The notes below the pieces were generated by a model. That model was not told the DNA's origin. It worked only from the letters and a program-made list of their open reading frames with translations, and made no database searches. From Epiperipatus broadwayi (taxonomy: Eukaryota; Animalia; Onychophora): DNA of 64,000 bases. Each line of letters opens with the position of its first letter. Positions within the stretch are counted from its first letter, which is position 1. Positions 49,960-61,416 of the stretch are shown here, in pieces. The stretch is from contig JAQFVV010000003.1 of the NCBI GenBank assembly GCA_028023455.1, forward strand, positions 29,822,001 to 29,886,000, written 5' to 3'. The position numbers were made by a program, and so were the translations under genes.

Positions 49960-50572
49960 ATGTAGGTGATTTGAACTCAGACTTTCAAGCAACTTTCAAC
50001 TATCAACACTATCTCATACTACTGATACACATGATCACACACATGTAAAAAAGATAAATAATCACCAATATATATATTTTGTGCTGAACCAGCACTCATC
50101 AGTTGGTCCAGATTATCATCTCCCATGCACACACACACACATATATAATCAGTACTCAGTTTATATTAAGATAGCAAATCTTTATACTTTAATAGACAGG
50201 CTTCAATCTACTACAACCTCCAATTCTTGAGCCATCCATACCATTGAAAACATGGGCATAACAACAATATTGCCAGCAGCATGGGATTTGGGCATTCTAT
50301 CAGTGGTATGAATGGCTGAAGAGTTGGAGTAGATTGAAGCCTGGCCATTAAAGTATAAAGATTTGCTATCTTAATATAAAGTGAGCACTAATTATATATA
50401 TGTGTGGGAGATGATAATCTGGACCAACCGATGAGTGCTGGTTCAGCACAAAATATGTATATTGGTATTTATCTTTTCTACATGTGTGATCATGTGTACC
50501 AGTAGTATGAGATAATGTGGATAGTTGAAAGTTGCTTGAAAATTCTGAATTCAAATCCCCTATATTTACAAT
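49960..50572. mobile_element. Fold-back element of about 600 bp; each arm carries a hammerhead motif and a tRNA-like segment
   Basis: Arms at about 49960-50245 and 50305-50572 are reverse complements, e.g. gatagcaaatctttatac / gtataaagatttgctatc and ctcatactact / agtagtatgag. Confidence 0.85.
50423..50466 (+). ncRNA. Type-I minimal hammerhead ribozyme (decayed); mirror copy at 50064-50107 (-)
   Basis: Stem I ACCAA/UUGGU; core CCGAUGA (+ copy) or CUGAUGA (- copy); stem II GUGCUG-guu-CAGCAC; AAA in place of GAA in both; stem III AUAUGUAU or AUAUAUAU, consistent with a palindromic ancestor AUACGUAU; triplet AUA. Confidence 0.7.
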
Positions 50573-50609
50573 TAAGTTTCAGATATAAGAATGCCTGTAT
50601 TTCAAATCT

Positions 50610-50845
50610 TATAAATTACTTTAGTTTTTCCAAATTATTTCTGTACTCTTCTTGTATGTTTATTGTTTTATATATATATATTGTAAGTTTCGTTTTTTGT
50701 TCAATAAACTTATAATTCACAAATGATTTTTTTGTCAAATAACATAAATTACTTTAATTTTTTCCAAATTATTTTTGCTGTTTTTGTTATTGTTATATAC
50801 ATATTTTTTGTAATTTCTGCTATTTGTTAAATAAACTTATAATTA
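50610..50845 (+). repeat. Degenerate tandem repeat with a unit of about 135 bp; related units at about 49800-49955
   Basis: Recurrent ataaattacttta...tttccaaattattt and acaaatgattttcttgccaaataa. Confidence 0.55.
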
Positions 50846-51156
50846 ATATATTTTGTATTTAATTTATACACACTGATATATTTTTATAATTTATTATTTG
50901 GGGGAGGGTGATACAGGAGTACTAACTATAAGCTTTGCACATAGGCTCCAGTCAGTAACAGATATTTAGAACTTTAGCATATCCAATGAATTTAAGTTGT
51001 AGCTAAAATGCAAATATAATATGGTAGTTTAGTTTATAAGATATTTTAAGTTTCATTAAGTAACATTGAATATTTTCCGCATTTTTAAAAATTTCTATGT
51101 TTGATTAACATTTAATAATATTCTGTACACACACACACACATATATTATTGCATAG

Positions 51157-51343
51157 ATTTCAGTTCCCGAAAGACAAGCTGAATTTATTTGTGATTTATT
51201 ACTTAAATCTTCAAGTGCTTCAGTTAAATTAGCTGGACTTGGAACTAGAGATAGCCTGCGACTGGAAGCTGGTCTTTGTCTATATGGTAATGATATAGAT
51301 GATACTACTACCCCAGTAGAAGCTGGTTTAAGTTGGACTTTGG
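51157..51343 (+). CDS. AMT: AMT coding exon: [62 protein letters not shown]|G
   Basis: gcatAG|att tca gtt ... act ttg g|GTaatg. 187 nt, phase 0 to 1. Contains the [16 protein letters not shown] and TTPVEAGL motifs. Translated by hand; not in the ORF track. Confidence 0.97.
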
Positions 51344-51774
51344 GTAATGTTAATTTTTGACTCTACATAATACTTATAAACTTGTAACATAATATATTTA
51401 AGTATTTAATTATTCATTTTTATTTTAAATGGATAATTATCTAATGACTGCTTAGAAAAATGTATGTTGCTTTAAAATTTATTACATTTGTTCATATGTA
51501 TATGTAGAATATATATATATATGTAATAATTAAAAAAATTGAGACATCCAGAATAAATATTAAAAAAATGTCCATCAAATAAATTAAATTATAAAACTGC
51601 TACATTTGGCATTCATTATTTGTACCATTTTAAGAGACAAGCAACATTTAAATTTCATAGAAAACACTTATTTTCAACTTCACTTTTTATAATTTATATC
51701 AGTAAATAAAATATAATATTTATCTATAATCTGTGCCAAGTTTCTAAAATATATGAAAGTTTACTCAATGAAGT

Positions 51775-52119
51775 ATGAAAAGATGTATATTAGGGATAAC
51801 AAAAAGTGTTCAAAAATGAATTATATTCATATGAGAAAGAACAAACGTATATTATGGACATCATTGAAAGTATTAAGAGGTTGGAGTTGGGCTGGATATA
51901 TTGCTAGAAATGATAATAGATGAACAGTTGAAATTATAAAATTGATGCGAAGAAATTGTAAAAGATTTAGGAGATCACATATAAGATGGATGATAAAATA
52001 AAAAAGTTTGCTGCTGTGATGCAAAAAAGAGAGACTAAAGAAAGATTGGAGAAACTAAATTGAACTTATAGAAACCTTCATCCTGCAATGGTTCAGTAAT
52101 GGTTGTAAATGATGATGAT
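51775..52119 (+). mobile_element. RTE 3'-end fragment
   Basis: Matches the RTE C-terminus and 3' UTR (ttgggctggatatattgctaga; accttcatcctgcaatgg) and ends in (ATG)n. Confidence 0.8.
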
Positions 52120-54539
52120 TCATAAGATTATGCTTCTTCAGTTCTTTTTCACAAACAACTTTCAACTGCATAAAACAAATATGTTGTTAAAAGAAAAAAA
52201 AATCCACCATTTTCCTTAGTAACATGATCTGCAACAATTGACTTAAATAACTCGGTTTTGCAAACCATGTTACTAATTGAAATTGTTTTGCTTTTGTTAA
52301 AATATTCAATATAAAATGATTTATGAAAAAGCAGAATGAAATATTTTAGATAATCTTATGAATAAACAGAATTGTTTGAACTTTTAAATATTGGAAACTT
52401 GGCGTTAATCACGAATATATTGTTTATATTTTGTTTACTGATGTGAATTTAAAAACAAAAACAAAACTGATGTTCAAAAGAAGAGTTGTAACTATTTTCT
52501 AGGAAACTTAAATTTTACTTGCTAATTAAGATAACAGAAATATCAAGAGTAGTTATAGTATTATTATAATTTGATTGATATTATTTGATTCGAATTGTAT
52601 TAGTATTTATTCTGGATAATTCCTATTTTTTAATTATTGCATTTATATATTTGACTGTGATGTTTTATTTATGTTTTAAATGTTAAGCTTTTATTATAAT
52701 TAATTATTAAACAATTAACAAGCACATAGGGCCAATAGATTGGGAGGTCTGATTTCCACACCAGCTATATAATAAGGCTAAAACATGATAGCAATTACAA
52801 AAGGGCACCACTAGATTCACATTCTAATATTTACCTATCTCTGCTTGTAGATGGTAAAATTTTAATGCAAATGAATACCAGTCTTCATCAGTTTTGATGA
52901 TAAAATAAATTTAAAGTTTTACTGGTGAAGATATCACCCCAAAGCCCTGCAAAGTCCTCAAGGACTACTAGTATTTTTCTATATATCCTTAGATCTGGGA
53001 GAAGTTCCAGACTCCTTTGAAAATTTTGTTTATCATAGCATAAAATTGAATAATTGGCAAAACAAACAAATAATGTTTAGGCTAAAACAAATAAATAACA
53101 AATACTTATTATAAACTACTTACTATTATAATCTAACATTTAATATAAAATATTTTTTGCAGTTATATTTTATAATTTTAAAATTTCTGAAACCTTTAAC
53201 ATATATAAATAAAATGTTCATTATTTAATAAATATTGTAATAACAATAAAAAATATAATGGTGATTAACTGATAATTATTCAGTCTTTCAATCAGCAGAA
53301 GTATTTTTGGTTAATTACTTAACTCTCTTCAACTGCCGTTTAAATTTAAAAAACATAATGGAAGCACTGTTAATCACCATTATATTTATTATTTTATATA
53401 TAAAGAATGATGTATTAATGGATAACTAACTCAAGTGTATGTTTTTTATATCTATTTCTGCATGCCATCATGGACAGTGTATTAGTAATCTATCAATAAT
53501 ATATTTAGCTTTATTTATATAAATCGATTGGCTGTACTAAACTAAGCTAAATATGTGCATATAAATATTATTTCAGAATTTAGTATTTACGCAAATTTAA
53601 CATGGATTCTAATAGTGCAATCTTATAATAATCACTCATACGAATATTGCCATCTTTTAATCATTATCGCAATACTTATTCAAGAACAGTACTAGTCAAT
53701 TATCATCACATAAATAAATAATTAAACGCTTACCTCATCATTAAACTAACTTTGGGGATACTTCAAAATACATACTAAACTTTATTTGAAAATCTAAACA
53801 CTGGAATATAGAATCATTAATATACTATACATGTGATTCAAAATATATATCATAATGAGACTTAAAATTTTAAACTATATTACAAACTTCATATAATTAT
53901 TTCACTATCTTACTTGCTATATAAACATATGTGACACATATATCATATTAGAAATGGAATCCGTTTACAAATTCAAATCAATAAATTTAAGTCTATTCTA
54001 ATCAAATCACACTATACATGCACATCCAAATATTAGCGCTAATAGGTTTACCCCCCCCCCCCTTAATTCTTGGATCCTAATAAAATATTTAATCAATATG
54101 ATAATAATATTTGCTATCAATTTCAAGAAATAATTTCCCTACACATTTTAACTTAGCTCTAGTTTATATTTTATAACTTAGATCAGGGCTATAAGTAATC
54201 CAAGGGCGCCATTAAAAAAAAAAAAAAAAATCCAAGAGCCACATCCAGAGCTGGCCAAAAAAAAAAAAGTGGGGACCAAAGCAGTTTTTACATGGAGAGG
54301 CTCTTTTAAAGAAATACTATTTGCAGTTGTTTTACAATTACTACAAATCAAGTCAATAACGATTCTCTTTGTTAAATTTTATTTTCAATTAGAATTAGCA
54401 AAATAAGAAAAAAAAATTCTTAAAAATAAAATATTTTTTTATATTTTGTATTTTATTTCGTTTATTCAATATAATTCTACAAATTGGTACATATAATGGA
54501 TAAATTATTAGTTACTTATTAAAATACTTTCAAATATCC

Positions 54540-55010
54540 CTCCAGCTAACCTTAGCAGGTTGGCAAACATCAACAAATTAAACAAGCTTGTTGAACTATT
54601 AAATCAATCAATTAATCACATTATGATCAAGCTCCCAAAGGCAATATTTTTGGCTTACTGATTTTCACCAGTCATCCATTTTGGATATCAACAGCATGTG
54701 GACCCATGTCTGGGACATTAATAAGCACACCCTAATTACAGATCCTACCCTTCTAGTATCTGGTTTCTCCCTCTCAAGAAAACTATGGATAAAGATTAAC
54801 AGAATCAGAATGGGCCAGGGTGGATGTGGTTACATAAGTGGGGATTTTAAAATTTTCTAAACTGTGTTGGGGATCACTGTCCATGGTTTATATTTTCAAA
54901 GAATGTCCAAATGATCACATCTTTTTGCTCTATATAACCTGAAAGAGGCAGCACTTAATTGTCTAAGAACTGTTAATATCGAGTTCTGACATGCTGATAT
55001 CATACACTAC
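54540..55010 (+). mobile_element. Non-LTR retrotransposon C-terminal fragment (Ingi/Vingi-like)
   Basis: LITDPTLLVSGFSLSRKLWIKINRIRMGQGGC, then frameshifted HKWGF and an ECP remnant. Clade assignment is from memory. Confidence 0.6.
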
Positions 55011-58000
55011 ATAAATAATTCACATTAATATGATCAGAAGATTGCAAGTTTGTGCTATCATGTAACCAATAGGTCTATAACTGTATTACTTCATGTGTGA
55101 TGTCATTGTAGGGCCTCCAAGTTTTAGAGTTTTGGCAAAAAAAAAAAAAGAAGAAACAGTCACATCTAGCAAGTTGTAAAATGTTTTGAGTTATGCAAAA
55201 GATGTAGATCATGCAGGCCTGGGCCTTGTGCCATCCCCCCCCCCTCAGACCACATTCACAATAATAGAGTAAGTATATTAAATTATTGAAGAGTTCTACT
55301 ATTAATTACAAATGAACAATAAATGAAAAGAACTAATTGTGTCATGTTTGCTTATAAACAATCAGAGCACATGTTGGATTAAAATAGTGCAAGGCCATTT
55401 CATGACATGTATTAAAAATATGTGGGTTTACAATAATGTAAAAGCATCTGAAAATATCAACATTATCAATCAGTGATAGAATTAAAAATTGAATGAGCTT
55501 TTGACTCAAATTACTATTTTATTTTTTCACTTGAAAAAAATCATAACTTTTAGGCAGACTCATGTAGACTACAGATCATGTTTGGACAGCTCTGACTTAG
55601 ATTATTGTAAATAATGAAATGCAATTGGACTTAACATTGAATGATTTCTGTGGTCTAAATTAGCGATTCTTGTTAAATAATTTAAAAATAAATAATTATA
55701 TGTGAAGTTTAACCTCCACAAATTACTCTCACATTTTAAATCTTAAAACATTATTATAATATTTCATAAAAATTCAAAACCATAAAATTTAGAATATACA
55801 TAATAATCATCCCCAAATATGAAAGGAGGTAGAAAAGAGTTCATTTTCAAATTTAAATAAAAATTCAGAAAGTTTAAAATGACTTTTTTATGATTATCTA
55901 GGATTATTAAAGAATGGCATTTATGATTATTCAGTATTCAGCAAGTTTTCACAGGATTTGCAATTACAGTTTAAATACTCATTTCTTTATGTAGTTTATT
56001 CCAGAGCTGTACATTATGTTAATTTAATGAGTTCAGATTTAAGATGCAGAATCTTGGATTTTCCATAATTATATATAAGCTTTGTCAAAGTCAAGTTTTT
56101 ACATATTTTGGTAAAATTGTTTTTATCATAATTGGTTCACATCAGAAGTAATTAACATATATTGGCTCATAATTGGTTAGACGATCTGAGTCATTCTTAC
56201 TGAAGTCAACTCTATGTCTAGAGCAGAATTCCCAGGACAGATTAGCAATTCATACAAAAGCTTCATCAGTGCATTTAAGGTTTATACTTGTTGGATAGTA
56301 GACTGCTGCTACTTTGATGCATAGCTAAGATGTTGAAGATCAGCAAGAATAAGACAAATTGATTTTTTACCAGAACTATTTATATTAAATTTTTATCTAT
56401 AAAAATATTAATCTCTTGATTACTAAGAAAATGTTATTGCAGCAAATTTCTATTTCTGGAGTTGAAAGGCTAATAGCAAAAAAAAAGAAAATATAGTTAG
56501 ATTACACATATTATAAATATAATATTGAAATTAAATAGATTTTTGATAACATACTATATACAGTACAATTTTTTTTGTGATTTTTTTAAAATTTTAATTA
56601 TTTTATGTTAAACGTAATTAAAGTGAATACATCCTGTCTAGTTTTAGTTCAAATTAATTAAATTTTTTTACTTAAGGATTAAACTTTTTTGATTCTTTAA
56701 ATTTTTTTTTTCTTTTTAAAAAAAATATTTTTCATTAAAATTAAATTCTCTACATTTAAAATATATGTCTATATTTATTTACTCTAAAAATTTGACTTTA
56801 TTACATAAAATCTTGTTTTGTACTGTTTAGTTGTTTGTACTATCTTTTAATTTTAATATATAACATTAAACTAGCCTCCTCCCTTGCTAACAACTGTGTC
56901 ATAAAGATAAAATAGATATTTGTATTTCACTATACTAAAAGGTTGCCTCGACAACAGTTTGAAATTCATGATTGTTATCTATATTGGGATTGTCTAAGTG
57001 TTGACTATTTTTTAATGGTTATATATATATAATATTACTAAAGCCTTTATTCTTAAGTAAATCAAGAGATTATCAGAAAATTGTTTTCTAGGCAACATCA
57101 TAATTACAGTAAATAGAATCTATTTGATACATATTTAAAATACACAAATACTTTAAATCTAATAAATATGGTTACTATTTAATTATGGAAAATACTAGTT
57201 GATAAGAATGTTAAATCTTTAAAACCATTAGTTTGATATATCTGCTTTCATTTAACTTAATTATAATAGCATATGGATCTTTAAAATAATATTAATTCAT
57301 AGTCCCCCCCCCCCCCAATGATGCTTTATTAAATATTAAATAATTGTATTATATTTAGTAAATTACAATTTGATATTGATAATTATTGAACAAATGATTT
57401 ATATGTACAAGAAATCATGACCTGGGGCAAATGAGGACTGTGGTTCAACATGAAGTGCGCCCCAGGAATCATATATATATATATATTTATTCATATTTTT
57501 TTAAGAATGTAGTGAAATGGAGATTTTAAGTATATTTAAAAGGTTTATATAAGAATCTACAAATAAGCATATAATAAGTAGCTAATCTCTCATAATAATG
57601 CAAAGAAAGAAATCAGCAAATACCTTGATACTATACATATATTATTCCATAACTTGGAAGATCCACTCTATTCAATGTATAAATAAAATGACCTCTAATA
57701 TATAAATTAGAAACACATAATTTTATCAAGAATGAAGAAAAAATCATAACCCCAGAGAAATATATTTATATATAAATTGAAAGGTATGAACTAAATCCCA
57801 CGAAGCTAATTACTATATGTAATTTATGACACATTCAAATGAATGTAAATACATTTAAATATATATAACAAAGTTAATTAAATCAAATTACAAGCGTATT
57901 TTGTTCCATACAATTGAGGTATTTATTGGTTATTAGCTATTTCTGATAGGCCAATCTTGTTATTGTTACTTTTTTAAAAAGATTTAACAGAATTAAGACT

Positions 58001-58821
58001 GAAATACAATTTAGTAATTATTCTTATAACCTAAATTTGAATCCAGATACTTGGAAATTTCTTGAGATTTTTCTTTTAAGTAGCTGGTCCATAATCAGTT
58101 TAATTATCCATTCAACTATTGGGCAGAAAATGTGTAGATAGTTAATATCAGTTACAAGTTAAAACAAGAAAACACAAAAATTTTGATTATCTGGCATTTG
58201 GCTGACCTACTGAGTTATTTTACCATTGTTTTTTTTTAAAAGTTATCCTGGGGACAGTTGCATAAATTATTAAACAAATTTTTTATTCAAAATAATTTTG
58301 GAAATCCAAAGTAAAATAATATTATAGCAAAACACATTTACTATTTCAAAATTTCACTTTATATTATTATTATTTTATTATCATAATTTTAAAAAAAAAA
58401 AAGTTAGTGGAGATAACCATTTATTCCTGATTGAATTCATTTTGCAACAATCTAAATATTTAAGATATGTCAAATTTAATTTTTTTTTTGTAATTAAGCA
58501 ATACAATGATTTTTTTTTTAAAGATAAAAAAAATCATTAATATATTATATGCCAAATATAGTTCTAATTTTTTTTTTGTATTCAGAATTTGCTATTGATA
58601 TGTATATTCTAATCAATGTTGAAATTACTCCACCAAGAGAGAATATAAATGAAACAAACCTTACCATTATTTATTTTTAATCTACATAATTATTTGCACC
58701 CACATTTTATTCTCGTTTAATGGAACAAACCACATAAGTTAACCTAAACATGAAATTCTGCACTCACCTGCAAGAATCTTAGTTTTATTATCGATGTAGA
58801 ATATATTTGTATACACAATAT

Positions 58822-59730
58822 GGTAAAGGTTTACTTTAGTGATCACATCATAAAAATCATGTTCGCCCTCTAGTTTTCAAAATTAGAAGTAAATTATTAT
58901 TCGAAAATCTTACGTATATGCTACTATATTATAATTACATTAAAATTTATTAAAATGTAAAAGATAATAAAAAAAAAATATTTATCATTTTAAAGAAGTT
59001 GAAATAATTACACTATATTAATTAAAATAATTAGTTTAAATTATTTGAAACTTAATATTTTAAACTATCAACATTTATAACTTAAGAATTGAAACTATCT
59101 AGATTTATAGCACTTATTAAAAAAAAAAAACACCCTCTGGGTTCAAAAATTCGAATTACACACATATGTACAGTTTTATAGTTACACGAAACATATTATT
59201 TCCACCGAAAATACACGGGGATTGTATGAAGAGGTCATTGGCGGTATAGAGTGTCAAGGAAGTGCTTCTTGACAGAAGTTACAGATAGAACGGCTGTCAC
59301 ACTGGTGGCTCTAATCCAGCGATACATTTTGCCAGGTACTCACATAATTTCAGATGGCTGGGCTGCATACAATAACATCAGCAGACTCAACAATGGGGTA
59401 TATATGCATTCGGTTGTCGCCTATCAGGACAACTTCGTGAATCCCGAAGACCAAGACATACATACCCAGAATACTGAAAATATGTGGATGAGAGCGAAGC
59501 ATAAGCTGAAATTCCAATCTGGTACCAGCAGAGCTGCCTTTTTCTCCAACTTCCTAGTATACATAGGACAGAATTATGCTTAAAAAGGTAAATATTTATC
59601 TTTTATGTTTTAATAAATGTGTACTGTAATTGTAATATAGGAGTATATGCGTAAGATTTTAGAATATTTTAGTTCTAATTTTAAAAACTAGAGGGTGAAT
59701 ATGATGTGGTCGCTAAAGTAAACCTTTACC
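58822..59730 (+). mobile_element. Internally deleted Merlin (IS1016/ISXO2-like) DNA transposon
   Basis: TIRs ggtaaaggtttactttag / ctaaagtaaacctttacc, imperfectly extending about 130 bp. Perfect 8-bp TSD cacaatat at 58814-58821 and 59731-59738. Internal transposase fragment. Confidence 0.92.
59251..59583 (+). pseudogene. ISXO2/Merlin DDE transposase C-terminal fragment
   Basis: LIQRYILPGTHIISDGWAAY and NFVNP...HTQNTENMW. An upstream frameshifted VIGGIE is present. The N-terminus and first catalytic D are absent. Confidence 0.85.
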
Positions 59731-61299
59731 CACAATATAGTATGAAATGATGATAAAAATCTTTAATGACATTTTGTTATGAGTCACCAAATGATGTTTA
59801 TCTAGTCTATAATTCTTGAGCTTTGTAAGATGATCAAGAAGACTATTGCATGATCATCCAATAAAATCCCACAAAATATCTAGCAACGGAGGCAATAAGA
59901 TCTCATTTTGCATATTAACTTGATAATATAAAGAATTTCATTATTTTGTGCTGATGCTCTAAATTTGAGATGCTAGAAAACAATGGCTAATAATGTCAAA
60001 CTAAAATCTATAATAATCTAATGTTATTGCTTGAATGTAGCACCCTACTGCCAAATTACTTTCACCTTCAAGCAGAAATCTTAACAAATCATCATTGAGC
60101 CTCACTATATCAATAAAGTGTACTGCTATTGATCAATAAATATCATTCAGATATGATCACTGATCCCCAGATAAAATCATGACTCACTGGTAAACACATG
60201 GTGCCATTCAGCTCTGCGAGCCATCTGATTTTCTAATATTTGTTCCATTATTTGACTACAGTATAGATTTATTATTATTAATGCTCATCAAATTCTCTGC
60301 ATTAATTTGTTAGCATTAGTATTGACTGGAATAAATATGCTAATTAAACTGAAATGAAACCTGACTAATGCAACACTCTATTTACTTGACTTCTGTGTTT
60401 ACTGGATGATCTTGAGTGTATACATATGATGACCATCATATGTTAAATCATGAAAGTTTATTCATGTCTGATCTCCATCTTAACTTGGAATGAATATAAG
60501 TCAACAAACACTATTTGACATATATCTGTAAATGCATACATCTGATACATATATTATTTAAACAAATAGGTATTACTGATATCATTAAATAAATTAAGAA
60601 ACTGAAATAGAACTTGATTAGATAAATCATTAGAAAAATAATGCATGTGGGATGGATGGTTGATATAAAGAAGTTTTCTGTAGTGCCATGAACCTATGGA
60701 CTACAATCATATTAGTAACTTCAAATTATGATTGGTTAAATTCTATTAATGAATAAAATTGCAAAGCAAATATTCCAGAATAAATTTTTATTATAATGAA
60801 ATACATTTAGTATATCTGAATGAAGAACATTTTTTGTAGGTGCTCAGTTCTTAGCTAGCCAGCAAATTATTGATTGATAATGGGGTATCTATATATTTTA
60901 AGCAGGCAGTTTACATCTTTACTAATCACTTAAATGAAGTGTGTCCATAGAACAAACATGATTGTAATGTAATGTAGATTTCATTCTGGTAGAAGGTCCT
61001 ATAGGTTTTAACTCAATTGTTTATACTTTTATCTAATGGTAGGTTGAGGTAACCAAGCAATAGGCTACTATGGCAATAGTTTACCATATACTGCTGTCAT
61101 CTAAATTGTATACTGATGGTATAGTAGATCAGAGAAGTTAGTTAACTTTGAATAGCTGGAATCAGATTTATTTTTTGACTTTTCAATAATTGGGTTTTTA
61201 CTCATTAACAAACTATTTTGTCAGTGAGCAAAATAAAAAAAATATTTATAGCTTATTAAGAGATATTTATTTGTACAATTTTTTTGCTACTAATATTAG

Positions 61300-61416
61300 G
61301 TAAAAGAAGAAAACAAGACAAAGATTTTCCAGGGGCAGATATTATTCTCAAACAGTTGAAAGATAAACCTTCTAGACGAAGAGTTGGATTTATATCATTT
61401 GGACCTCCTGCCAGAG
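61300..61416 (+). CDS. AMT: AMT coding exon: (G)[38 protein letters not shown]|G
   Basis: atattAG|gt aaa aga ... gcc aga g|GTaggt. 117 nt, phase 1 to 1. Matches the AMT pattern GKRRR..DFPGA..I..QLK...RRRVG....GPPAR. The remaining C-terminal exon(s) were not found in the window. Confidence 0.95.

Noticed and set aside
4491-51156. Recursive splice sites in the large introns
   Set aside because: I found no strong polypyrimidine-YAG|GTRAGT juxtaposition by eye. The candidates (e.g. about 11258) are weak.
56225-56280. Minus-strand CUGAUGA (forward tcatcag) as a hammerhead
   Set aside because: No stem II and no correctly placed GAAA.
59780-61200. Old CR1/L2-like RT remnant on the minus strand (WGSVI trace)
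   Set aside because: Only one weak motif; too decayed to support without an alignment.
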